Positions 36,709 to 49,208 of a DNA stretch of 64,000 bases are shown in pieces; the stretch's first letter is position 1, and the number at the start of each line of letters is the position of its first letter. Both the position numbers and the translations under genes were made by a program. The notes beneath the pieces were generated by a model. That model was not told the origin of the DNA. It saw nothing but the letters and a program-made list of their open reading frames with translations, and did not search any database. Source of the stretch: Takakia lepidozioides (Eukaryota > Plantae > Bryophyta). Where the stretch lies: contig CM060731.1 of the NCBI GenBank assembly GCA_030704615.1, positions 76,136,001 through 76,200,000 of the forward strand. The letters are read 5' to 3'.

Positions 36709-38140
36709 GTTCTAGATAATCTTCTGCACATGCATATGCTGGGCACTCCGAGGTGATACCATGGCTGATCCTTGAACTATCAGTCTGAAGCATATTTGGA
36801 ATGATGGAGCACAACGTATTGACCAGTGACAACGCATTGATATCCTCTGAGAGATTGAAAAACAAGTAGCTAATTACAAGTGTTTTATTAAAAGGTAGCA
36901 CAAGAAATCTGGAGCTATTGATAGTGAAGGAAACATGATAAGTACATATGGTACATGCACTTAGGGATGACGGCTCCCCATGAAAATCACTCGAAATTCA
37001 CCTTCAAATTTTGAAACTCCCTATGTTTTAAAAGCTGTCTCTAGGCTGTCTCATCTTACTCTCCCTGCTACAAAACCATGCAAAATGAAGTTGCTGGAGT
37101 CCCTCCCTCTCTCTTGCTGGCTGGAAACGGGACATGCCAGGTTACAAGAAGCTGCGTGCAGAGAGAGGTTTAGAACCACGGCACACTGTCTCTGTCCAGG
37201 ATTAATATCCCAATTTTGGCATGCAACAGTGCAGCTGCCAAGAGCAGCAAGATGAGCTGTACTTCTTAATTCGCAGCAAGACTAGGATCACATCATGGGA
37301 TTCCTGTGCACCACCATGTGGCAAACGTTTAGGTAGGGTAGGGCTCCCAATCTGCTACGTGAGAAAGACCATTAGAGGTCCGAGAGAGGTCCTGGACTCA
37401 AATGACTAGAAATTCAGGAAACAAACAGTGAGAAGCCACTAGACTTTGCAGCTGGTCAACAGACACATTCACCATTAATCGTCAGAGAACAGTGTGATCA
37501 AACCTTTTCTGGGGAGGGAGTTTAGGTAAAGGGTTGACAGCCACACCTTAGTAAACGGGGAGCACGTTAGTGCCACGAGCTAGCTAGCACCTTAAATTGA
37601 AATGGTAGCTTCCGAACAATGATGAATAATCACCTTAACACTGCTGCTTCTTTCTGAAAGTCAAACAACCTAATGAGGTGTCCCATGTCAACACAGATCT
37701 TCCCCCCCCCCGACCATCATCTTGAACAGAAGCTATTGTAATATTCCAACCTGCAGAAGCAATAGCACAGGTCTCCAGACAGCTGACAAAGGGAAGGACA
37801 ATGCCTGGCGACTTATTTCCATGACTTGTTTACAACAATGAATCCACCTCCCCCACCTCACTCAACTTTACATTAGTCTTACAGATGACTAGTGTGCACA
37901 TGCATGCATGAATATGAGTAAGTACCGTGCACTAATTAAACACCCGATCGTCCGGAAACGATTTCGTTTCCAAGATGCATTAAGCATTACCGAGAGGGTA
38001 ACAAAACGGGTGTAGATTATATCCAATTTCTTGCAGGGAAGACTCTAGTACATTAAACTTCACCAAGTTCTCCATCTTTAATGTACATGTTGCCACTTGG
38101 TTTCAATGTTCCTAGCTTCTCTCTATGAGCTTCGGACTCT

Positions 38141-38310
38141 GGTGATCTTTCATCTGGACCAGACCCTCCCCGTCAGTGGTGTTGAATCTTGAAGTTCGAG
38201 CAGTAAATGGAGAAGAGAGAGTAAACTGATCAGCTTGAGAGAGGAGATTAGGAATGGAGTTGAGGACCGAGAGGAAAACGGATCATCGTCAGGTTTGCAT
38301 AATAGTTTAG
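38141..38310. repeat. Dispersed repeat; second copy at about 39390-39470 plus 39914-40010, split by an insertion
   Basis: gtgatctttcatctggac...gtggtgttgaa and gatcagcttgagag..gattaggaatggagttgaggacc...gtttgca..atagtttagaat occur at both places. Confidence 0.75.
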
Positions 38311-38849
38311 AATAGGTACGTTCAGACTGACGATTATAAGTTGGGGGATAAAGTACCACCGGGTCTATCTCTGTTCACATGTGTCCATGTCAGTAAGTTA
38401 ACTGCTGACTGGATGTCGTCGTGGCAGGTGACATGGCATAAAGTTATGCACAAAGTTAGGCCACTGATATTTCTATTTATTTGCAAGATCAATCTTTGAA
38501 TAACCGTAGATGTGTCTTATTCATTCAAAATTCAACCTAATAAGTTATATATTTCTTACTGTGATTCATGGAAGGATGATTTTCATCTATGTAATTTTTC
38601 TCATCATCTTCTTGTCCCGCCATCGCGTGTCTATGCTACAACGGAAGTTGGAGCTTCTCTCATCGTGTGCTTCTTCCTTAATACCAGTCGTGTGTATTGC
38701 TTCATTCTCCGGTAGAGATTGCACCAGCAACGACATTGAATGAATATGCTTTTCATGTTGAAAATTGGTTGAGTTTGCAAATCACTTGAAATTCATGCAA
38801 TTCATTTTCATTCTGATCACTGATGTGTTTAGCTCTTGTGATTGCAGGT

Positions 38850-39065
38850 ATGGCTTCACCTGTGCAAAATTCAGATGATGTTGGCGGTGCTGGAAAAGCA
38901 AACAGAGGGAAAGGGAAAGAAAAACGAGCAAGACAACCAAACTGGGAGGATGCCGAGATCATGGCACTCATCAGCGCGAAGCACATGGAATATATTTGGT
39001 TGAAAAATACAATTGATACCATGTTGAAAGTTGATACAGTTTTGAGGGGCCGCATCACGATCTGA
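38850..39065 (+). pseudogene. Myb/SANT-like (trihelix-type) fragment, possibly PIF/Harbinger ORF1 remnant
   Basis: KEKRARQPNWEDAEIMALISAKHMEY resembles the R.PNW...E...LI first helix. Confidence 0.45.
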
Positions 39066-40772
39066 TGCTGCAAGGAAAGTGATTCTGCAAGTGCAGACTT
39101 GTGCTGCAAAGAAGAACGATCCTGCAAACGACTCAAAGGAGAGCGACGCTATGGAGGCAGTTTATGTCATCCACAACAATTAGGGTAAATACACGTGGTA
39201 TGTTATGAACAGAGGTAAGAGTCTAGAATATAAATAGGTAAAATTAAAATAGAATAAGTTTCATGTATAATATAACTCGAATATAAGAAGGTAAAAAAAA
39301 TTGAATATATGAAAAGACACCTTAAAAATGTTATAGTGATGACATGGCAATGATAACATGTCATGACTATGACGTGGATAATGATGTGTGTGATCTTTCA
39401 TCTGGACGACTAGACCTTCCCCATAGTGGTGTTGAAGAAGGTCGAGAGCAGTAAAGGGAGAAGAGAGAGTAGCCCGCCCCCACAGCCTATTAAAGTCCCA
39501 AAATTAACAGGATAAACTTGATGGATCGGGACCTCTTAACGCACGAGACCCCTCACAGGCCCGTTAAAGCCGGTTAAATGACCATGGAATATGTCAGGGT
39601 CTGGTAACAGGTGAGAGCCCCGCACAACATTCCGTTGTCACAGTAGATGGATGTCTGGCGCGTCTTCAACGAGAGAGACGATCGTGAATTAAAATTCATC
39701 CATTGTTCATCCAGGTGAGCTTTTAACAGGTCTGACAGGAGCCAAAACGTCCTGTTGCGATCCAAGCGCGGATATCTTCTTCCGTTCAGCAGAATCTGTC
39801 ATGCCGTGGATTCTGTTATTTTGACCTGTTAAGAGCACATAACGGAACATGTGTGTGTGGGGACCTTTTTCTAAATTTAACATTTTTTAGTGCATTTAAC
39901 AGGCCTAGCTTCTGATCAGCTTGAGAGAGTAGATTAGGAATGGAGTTGAGGACCCCGGTCCTCGGAAAAGAGGGAAACGGATCATCATCAGGTTTGCAAA
40001 ATAGTTTAGAATTTACATTGAATATATGAAAAACAGCTTAAAAATGTTATAATGATGACATGGCAGCGCATGACAATGACGTGGATGATGATGATGTGGC
40101 GAAAATGACACGTCATTATGGCACCCTATTCCTGCTCCACACTAAATATTCGGCAGTGCGGTTGCGTAGTGACTACTCAGAGATGGTACTTGAAAAATTA
40201 GTTTTTGTTTTTTTTTAAAGTTTTGAGTTTTGTTAAAAAACCAAAAGTATTGTGAAAAATGAATCAAAGAAAAAAGAAAAAGGAATGAATCAAGTCTACA
40301 CGTCTACACTCTAAAAACACGTGTGTGAAGGTAACGGTTCCGTCTTCATCTCGTCCAGAAAGCCGACGTTTCGTCCATTCAACACCTCCGTTCGGGTATG
40401 CCCGCGGCAGCCGCGGAGGCATCCGGCGCCGTCAGTAGACCGGCCACGTCACCGGAAGGGGACCCCACCAACATTCTCGCGACTTTCCTCTTCTCTCGCT
40501 CTGTCTCGCACACATCTCTCGCATTTGTTTTGGTTCTGTAGATCCCTTGAGTCCAACTCACATGAGGGTAACATTTTCCTTAAATTTTTGGGGAGAAAAT
40601 CTCCGGGAAGAGAAGGGAAAATTTGTACTGAGTACAGTTCATTGCTGGGCAGTTTTTGCAAGGAGACAGAGGAGGCGAGGATCTGGAGCCTGGTGCACCG
40701 TCAGAGAGATCGAGGTTGAGAATCTGTTAGAATCCATTGCATAACAAGGTTCTAGTTATTTTCGGGAACAAA

Positions 40773-43700
40773 ATGGGGCTGGATTTTGAATCTTTGACGG
40801 AAGCGACTTCAGGAGCTGTCGGAGGCCTTTTGAGCACAACAATTTTGTATCCGTTGGACACATGCAAGACTAAGTACCAAGCCGAAACTCGTTCTCGGGA
40901 TTCTCGGAAATACAGGTGATTCTTTTGGTCTGGGATCTTAAAGAGACCATGGACCAGAAAGGGACAAATTGAACCACGACGGGAGTGGAGAGAGGGAGAG
41001 TTTTTCTGTATGTCTGAGAGAGAGAGAGAGATCATATTCACAGTGCTGCATGGACGTAATTTCCACTTTCAGCAGTGGGAGGCATTATTTCAGCAGATCA
41101 AAGCGAGAGAAACGATTGAGAGAAAATATTGAGATTTACTTCATCGAGTTTGAGACGACCATATGGTCCACCCTGAAATCTCTGGGACTCCGTTGTGTCA
41201 AATTTTTAAAAAAAAAATCTTTTAGCAGTTGAAAATTGATGTGCGGATGTCAGCTGCTCATTGTAAATTTTACATGTCGAATTCAGGGGGATCTCAACCT
41301 CTTTAGGAAGGCCTAAAAGTTCTCTAACTTCCTGGTATTGTGTGTTCATAGGTCACTTCTGGATGTGTTACGAGAGGCTATCAAGTCTGGCCAGATCCTT
41401 TCTTTGTACCAGGGACTTGCAACTAAAAATCTGCAGTCAGTCATTTCCCAATTCATCTATTTTTATAGCTACAGCTACCTCAAACAACTTTATTTGCAGC
41501 GCGCCAAAGTCAAACACATGGGCACTGCTACTAATTTGATTGTTGCTGCCGCCGCTGGTACATGTACAGCACTTCTTACTCAGGTGGGATTTTTTGGCGC
41601 TCCAGTATATGTAGGATCAGTTGCATGAGCTTGTCTCCCACGGTCAATTTCTAGCCGAGCCCACTCTTTGCTGCAGGCTTTTGAATTCGCTATTGTAGTG
41701 ATGACTTTTTGCAAATTGGATCAGTGAGTTCATATGGACTCCCAACCAGGCAAGACTCAGTTGACCCTCTAGCACTGAAGTCCTCTGGCTCTTATAGAAT
41801 AGAAGTTCTGGGAAATATTTGTCGGAACTCTGGTACTAGTTTGAAGACTACAGCAGTATCAGTTTTTTTGGGTAGGGTAGACTTTGTTAGTGGCTTACAG
41901 CATTCGCCCCGGGTAATGATATTGTGCTTTCTTGCTCTAGAGTGGATTTGTGCATGGGATTACTATGCTGGCTATATGCACTTGCTTGTTGGTTCCCATT
42001 GTGATCTGCTTTCTACTTCAATGTCAATCATTCACTAGTTATGCAACACTGCAATCATTGTTTCTATCTGAATTGGGTTTATCATCTCTGGTGTGTAGCC
42101 TCTGGATACAGCATCGGCTCGGATGCAGACCAGTACGTTTGGGAAGTCCAAAGGGCTGTGGGCAACACTGACAGAGGGTAGCTGGAAGGAAGCATTTGCA
42201 GGCATTGGTGCTTCCCTTGTGCTCACCTCTAATCCTGCCATTCAGGTTCCATTCAGCCAATTCCTTTTCTTACCTGTTTCGTATCCTTCATGTTGCAGTT
42301 TTCTGTTTGTGGTTCTTCTACTTGCTCTCATTTTCTCTAAGCAGCTGCTTCTTATTTCGGGCTTCCTGGATTTTGTTCAGTTTTTTTCTCTTCCAATGTC
42401 TGTACTCACAGAAATCTGTAGATATTATGGTACAAGCCTTCCAGATAAAAATGGAAGGCCTAGAAACAACACTCTTAGTCCCACAAATTGAGGGAGCCTT
42501 TCACATAGTAGGGAGCCCCATTTGGATGTCCTTTTGCTTTCCCGCTCCCTCTCCTTGCTTGGTCAAAACTGGGGTGGGGGGTCTACAGCCACAGGCCACA
42601 CCAGGCGAGGTCTTCTGGGTTCGTCATATCTTTACTTTGTCCCATTTGGCCCCCTATGGACATTCCGTGTGTTTCTTTTGTCTCCCTGTTGATTTATGCA
42701 AGCCAACACTGAGTTTCTGGCTGGCTGCAGTATACAGTCTTTGAACAGTTACGAGAGGGCCTGCTCCAGTCTAGAAGAGCTTTGCTCGTGGGCAAAGGAA
42801 TTGTGTCAGATGCTGCCCCAATTGCATTGTCAGCCTTCCAAGCTTTTCTACTGGGAGCCTTATCCAAGACCATCGCAACTATTATCACATACCCTGCCAT
42901 TCGGTAAGCCCTCTCTGACCATTTCCTTCCTGTCTCTTGACTGCAGGCAGGAGTTGGGTACCTTGGAGGAAGGGATATCTGGCCAGCGTGTGTCATCCCG
43001 CCGTATCTAAGATCACAAGACTAGCCAACAATTACTACTGTCTGAAGGGAATTTGAGCAGCAATGCAGAGGGATAACTCTGGTTGCACAAGGCCATTACG
43101 GTGTTCTTTTTCATCTCGATCAGAAATGCCTGTGTTTCCAAATTTGGGCAACAGTCTTTCACATGCCAGTGACTGTTCAATAAGCATAGTGGTCTTGACT
43201 AAGGTCTAATCACATTTCTCATAAAGGTATTCCGCATCCTAGCCAGGGATTTTGCTGTGTCACCTGGCTTAGAAATCAACTATGCAGGGAAGGGTGGATC
43301 GTGTGTAGCGTGGGTCACATGGCCAAGATGTAGTATCTGCCAGTGCCATCAATTTTAAGTTTTATGTGTCTGCTACTTCTGTGGGAAATACATGCACAAG
43401 GCTGGGTTGTCATTGCAGACACTTCCTGGCTTTTGGGCAAGCGCCATAGATTTTCTTGGAAAGCACAGTTGGGGTCTGTTATTAGGAAGTTTCCATATGT
43501 CAAGGACTCTACTTTCGCTTTATCATGTAGGAATCCTCATAGAGCCCAACCCTGGATGGTAAGAATCTAACACTAACTTCAAGACATGATCGTGTTTCAA
43601 AGCTCCCCAAATAAAATTCATGTTGGGAAGGTTTTCCTTGCAGGACCAAAGTGATGCTTCAAGCGGCAGAATCTGAAGAAGACAAGGAGCTGCGATTAAA

Positions 43701-44013
43701 CAGAGGAACAGATGTGCCAGAGGGGCCTCCCAAGAAAATGCTGCAGGCAGTTCGTGCAATCTGGAAGCAAGAAGGAGCTGGGGGCTTTTACAAAGGACTC
43801 CATGCACAAATTGTGAAGACAGTGCTCGCAGCTGCGTTGATGTTAATGATAAAGGAGAAGACATCAGAGAGCACCTGGGCAATCATGCTAGCAATCCGAC
43901 GGTGGGGGCTTGAAGGACAAACCAAATTGAAGCACGTCAAACTCCCTCCACTGATAACTGCTCCAGTTAGTTTAGCTGCAGTCACCCTGGCATCCAGGGC
44001 AGCTAGTAGGTAG
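40773..44013 (+). CDS. PNC1: Peroxisomal adenine nucleotide carrier (exons 40773-40915, 41352-41583, 42099-42245, 42731-42903, 43644-44013)
   Basis: [38 protein letters not shown]; [13 protein letters not shown]; [15 protein letters not shown]; [13 protein letters not shown]; three mitochondrial-carrier repeats. Confidence 0.93.
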
Positions 44014-44384
44014 TTGAAACAGGGGTCAAGTTCGCCCTTTCTACATAGCCAGGGAGAAAACGGGGCTTCTCAAGGCAATTGCCACAAGGCATCTTGAGAA
44101 TACATGCATTGTCCCGGCCATTGGAAAGTCTGCGGTAGCTGTTCTATAGAGGCAAATGCCAACAATGCGATATAGAGACTGGACATGAATTTACTGAAAA
44201 TTGCACACTCTGAAGCAGTATAAGTTTGCTGCACATTTCTCACCAACAGTGGGCACTGCAATGTTGTAAAGGCCTGCCGCAAAGTTCTGGCATTATTAGA
44301 GCCCATTTTGGAAGTCTGAAGAACTCATAAATTAACCTGCAATGTGCCATTGAGATGTTCCAGGTTAAAGCTCAGACATTGACA

Positions 44385-45350
44385 TCAAGACGAGACAAGA
44401 ACTTCCCCTGAAGCCCCTTCATGGGGTCCTCCATTTGTGAAGGCAACATCAGCATCGCCATCAATCCTGTGCTCAAGCTGATTGTCAGTCTCGATTACTG
44501 ATGCAGACAATAGCGCCTTCATGTCCCGCTCGCTGTTTGTGAGTTTCTCAGAGCAGCTCTTGTAGTGGGAGACACCTGATTGTAGCCTTCTCAGCTGCAG
44601 CTGCCGATTGGATGCCACTGACATAGCATTTGCCAAAGAATCCTCCAGTTTCTGGGACTTGCACTGCAGCGATGCGATTGTCTGTTCAGCACGCTCCACA
44701 ACGCCCTTCAAATTTGCAACCTTCTCTTCCAGCTGTTTGCGACCCTCGATGGCTCTCTCTAGCTCATCCTTTACCAGTTTTATGTCTGCCTGCTTCTCCT
44801 TTGCTCCTACCCGACTGCTCACCTTTGGAGCTTCTCGCGATCCTTCTTCCTCGCGATGCGCACCATCAGAACTTTGGGGTGAGGGTGACGACCGAGGGCT
44901 GCGTGTTCGGGGTCTACCCCCAGGAGATGGATACCGGGACGGACTCCCGCCTGGACGTGGAGAACGGCTTCGGTGCGGTAAAGGAGACCTGGCGCGCGCT
45001 GAGCGAGAGGGTGGAGGAGATGGCCTGCGAGTGCGCACCCGATCTCTGTCCCTATCTCTATCCCTATCTCTGAAAAAACCATCTCGATTCAGCAATCTAT
45101 GCTTCTTGACTTCATTCACTCGTACGGTTCTGCCCGCAATGAGATTGCCATCCATTTCTTGGATTGCATTGGCTGCTGCTCGCGGGTTGGTGAATGTGAC
45201 AAACCCAAATCCCCGTGACTCTCCAGAATCGCGGTCATACACGATCTTCACAGACACAATCTCCCCATACTCTGTAAACGCCTTCCTCACCACGTCCTCC
45301 GTGCTGTCGTAGGACAGCCCCCCCACATACACCGAAGTGCCATCCCCCAT
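44385..45350 (-). CDS. Intronless RRM RNA-binding protein with RD/RS-rich middle and C-terminal coiled coil
   Basis: RNP2 VYVGGL, RNP1 RGFGFVTF, RDRDRDRDR/RSRSP tracts, heptad-rich C-terminus. Confidence 0.88.
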   Translation of the reverse strand: MGDGTSVYVGGLSYDSTEDVVRKAFTEYGEIVSVKIVYDRDSGESRGFGFVTFTNPRAAANAIQEMDGNLIAGRTVRVNEVKKHRLLNRDGFFRDRDRDRDRDRVRTRRPSPPPSRSARARSPLPHRSRSPRPGGSPSRYPSPGGRPRTRSPRSSPSPQSSDGAHREEEGSREAPKVSSRVGAKEKQADIKLVKDELERAIEGRKQLEEKVANLKGVVERAEQTIASLQCKSQKLEDSLANAMSVASNRQLQLRRLQSGVSHYKSCSEKLTNSERDMKALLSASVIETDNQLEHRIDGDADVAFTNGGPHEGASGEVLVSS

Positions 45351-46157
45351 GGTCAGCAAACTGGCATCGCCCACACACCCAAATTGGCCCTAGATCAGGG
45401 TTAGAAGCAAGAAAGAAACCGCACCCACTAAGCTCCAGCGTTCCTGCTATGCCTGCGGAAGCGAAAGAGGAACAATGTCTGCACTCTGCACGCCTGCATG
45501 TGGGTAATTCTTGCCGCACTCTCTGCAACTGCTACCACGCTTTGCTGTGCTTCAATACCTGCAAAAGCTTATGTAGGTCTTGACGACTGCGCCTGCACTT
45601 CTAGAGCACTTCGTGCAGGGAACGAGTGAGGTGGCCTACTCCTCCGCTCTTGCCCATCGTAACTGCCATCCTCGTCGTGTCCTTTTGGGCCCTAATTACA
45701 TGCATCAGAAAAGCATCGATTCTCCCTTTGCTGATCCGATGAATTGATACTTTTATCCAACAGAAAACACCTGGGAGCCAGGCCCACTGTACCCAAGTAA
45801 AGGGCAGTTGCGAAATATCCAATCCATCATCTGTTGCCACTTGGTCCACCCGAGCCTCGGAGTCCGAGGGTACCTACTTATTAGTATTGTTCCATCTTGA
45901 CCCACCTAAAGAATGATGAATGAAGCAGCACTGTTGATCCACCTTGACAACTGAGAGTTTCTGGCTTGCAAAGTGGGCTTAACTTAGGAACATCGCCTAC
46001 AGACAAGGTCGGAGATTGCATGCTACTTGCTGTTTTCGTGGTGGTCTTCGCTGCGTACCCACCTCGGCCCCCATATCTCATTTGTCCAGGATGAGGGAGT
46101 GCAGGAATTGGTGAAGAAAGAGTGGAGTGTTTGGGAAGTGAAAGAAGCAGGGAAAGG

Positions 46158-49100
46158 ATGAAGATCAACAGCTTGAAGAATTTGCCTAATGCCCACAACG
46201 ATGGGATCTGGGCAGCGACCTGGGCACCGGCTACAGAGTCCCGCCCGGCGCTGCTGATAACGGGTTCTGTCGACGAGACCGTGAAGCTGTGGAAGGGCGA
46301 CGAGCTGGAAGTAGAACGCATCAACACAGGTTCCGATTGCTTCTTCATGTTCACGTTTCCCTTGTGTGTATTTTGCTTCAATGTTGGGTAGTGTGCATCG
46401 GTTCTTTTGGTTGTTTGACGAGGGAGTCGCTCCAACGGTACTTCATCAAACATAAGCAGCGTGTCTAAACTTTCGAGGGCACGGACTCGTCTGTTCACCG
46501 CTACTCCATCTGATATCAGCGTGCTGGATTGACAATCAGTTTCTTAGGTCACTTGGAAGAGGACGAAGCCACATTTATAAAACTGTGATTTTTGTGGAGA
46601 TAGAGCTTTTTATACCTTTCTCTCAGGACCTTAATGTACGAGATTTACAGCAAAGCACGAGAATCCTGGCTGTCCTTCCTGGCTGTCCAGAAGGGCATGG
46701 AACGAGCCAGCAGGGCGGGCCTGGGGGACCTGGGGCTGTTGGGGTAGTGGGCGGGGCACTGTGGGGGATGGGGCGGGGCTTGGGACTCGAGGGAGTCTAG
46801 GGTGCCGGTGGTGGATACTGTGTAGGCAACTGCTTGTTGTTTCGGTAATTGGACTTAATGGGTGCGGGTGCTTTCTGTTGTGAACATTGCCAGAGTGAAA
46901 GACATGCTTTCACTCACGCCTTTATCTTGACACTGGAATTCTGAGGACCGTCACAGAGTCAAGTAAGATGACCAACTGTGCAATGGTGATTTAGACAGAG
47001 ATGCATTAGTCAACCTACAGATCATGTTCCTTGCAATAGTGAGGAAGTTACAGATATCCTGGAAGCTTGGGGGGTTGGATCTGCCTATCTTTTAATCTTT
47101 GGTTACCTCTCAAATGTGAGTTTAGAGCTTACTAGGCTCTCACATTGATATATATCTGTGGTCTGCAAGCTTGGGGGGGTTTATCGGTGCGGTTTAGCAC
47201 CCTAGTCTACAGAATCACGGTTTTGAGAGTTCTCAGGAAATGATTCTCTGCTGGTGAACGAACCCTGCCTACTGATCCGCCAGAAAGATGTAAACCTGCT
47301 ACTCACAATCCCAATATATGTTTCTTGGGGAAGGGCCAGTTTCCTTTATGAGGGTAAGTCTTTTCTATGGAGACCTGCTGTTGGGTGGTGCCATGGATGC
47401 TCAGACCTTCTGAAACATGCTATGATCTGATCAAGTGCTGCTGTCTCTGCAGTATGTAAATTGACTGCTAAACATTTGAGTTTGGATTGCAGGGCATGCC
47501 CTAGGTGTGCTAGCAGTAGCGGCACACCCTGCAGGCACCATAGCCGCTTCAACATCTCTGGACAGTTTTATACGCGTCTTTGACATTGATACCAACACCA
47601 CAGTTGCTACTCTCGAGACACCTCCGGCAGAGGCCTGGCTCATGCAATTTGATCCCAAGGTTGGTTCTAAAATGTTTTCTTGTACTTGTGGGGGTTGAGT
47701 ATGGCATTGGCACTTCTACTGGGTTTTTTAATCCTACATTATGCAATTTAGCTTGAGGTTAGGAGCTATACTGTTAAACTCGCCTTTCCTATGGAGGTTG
47801 AGCCCTGTGCATGGGTCTTTATCATTACCACATACGCGGATCGACAGGATCACTCAGGAAACAATTTGACATGAGGGTGGGACTTCCTCGCAATTGCCAT
47901 GCATCTATGCGCTTAGATCAAGTCAGCCCTAGGTACTGGTGAGTGGTGTGGCCTGATGTTTGTTGATCAATCAGTTGTGCTTTGCCAGGAGTGTTCATAT
48001 TTCATTGTGGGGTCGATGCCTCACAGCAGACCCACTAACTCACATGCCCCACCATCCATTCGTCAGAAGACCCAGAGGATCACCTTTTCGGTGGTATTGT
48101 AGCAGATAGGCTGTGAGTGGATAGCATAATTGCCCTTTCAAACCCTCATTGTATCTGCAACTCAATGACAGGAGAACAGGATGCCCGTCCCCAGCAGGAG
48201 GTACCAACCCTTGGACAGTAGGAAAGTGAAATTGTGAAAAGAAGCCTAATAACGCTTGCCCTTTGCACGGCTTGTTCTTAATATATCAAGTCTTTGTTGC
48301 AAGAGCCACTGGTAAACTTGCACGGCTTTGATCACCGTGGTAGGGGAGTCCGAATAAACTTTTGAATCCAGATCAGGGCATCACAGGATGAACTACCTTG
48401 CCTTATCATTCAGTCTGTAAAATTTTCACTTTTCTGAGTGTATAAGCTTCTATCTCGGCTATTTGCTAAAAGTTCCAAAGGTTTAATCGAGGCAGTAATT
48501 GCAGTTATCAAGCCGCATGGCATAAGCTAGTCCTATGGTGACATGTTGTAATCTGAAGATGTGGATCTGTAGGGTGAAGTGCTGGCTGTTGCAGGGGGAG
48601 GGAGTGCTTCGGTGAAGCTATGGAGCACTGCCACATGGGGCATAGTGCAGGCTCTCACACTGCCCAAGGTGGAGCTAACTGCTGACAGCAAACAATCCGA
48701 CAAGAGTGGTGGCGGCAAGTTTGTCCTTTCAGTTGCCTGGAGCTTAGATGGAAAGCGCCTAGCATGTAGTACCATGGATGGAACGGTAGCCATATTTGAT
48801 GTTGGAAGGGGAAAACTGTTGCACACACTAGAGGGACATGCAATGCCTGTTCGGTCATTGGCATTTTCACCTGTTGATTCGCGTGTGCTTTTCACTGCAT
48901 CCGATGATATGCATGTACACATGTATGATGCCGAGAACCACACATTGATTAGTGCTTTTTCAGGCCATGCTAGCTGGGTGCTCAGTGTGGATACAAGTCC
49001 TGATGGAGCAGCAATTGCCACAGGGTCCAGCGACCGAACAGTCCGGTTATGGGATCTTAAGATGAGGGCTGCTATCCAAACTATGACAGACCACACTGAC

Positions 49101-49208
49101 CAAGTATGGGCCGTCGCATTCCGTCCACCTGGGGGTGATGGTGTCCGAGTTGGGAGACTGGCAAGTGTGTCAGATGATAAGAGCCTCTCCTTGTATGAGT
49201 ATACGTGA
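46158..49208 (+). CDS. VIP3: WD40 protein VIP3/SKI8 (WDR61) (exons 46158-46329, 47493-47659, 48573-49208)
   Basis: NAHNDGIWAATW...LLITGSVDETVKLW; GHALGVLAVAAHP...STSLDSFIRVFD; KFVLSVAWS; LEGHAMPVRSLAFS; SGHASWVLSVD; SVSDDKSLSLY; exon phases consistent. Confidence 0.94.

Noticed and set aside
44608-45312. 234-aa plus-strand ORF
   Set aside because: Antisense shadow of the RRM gene
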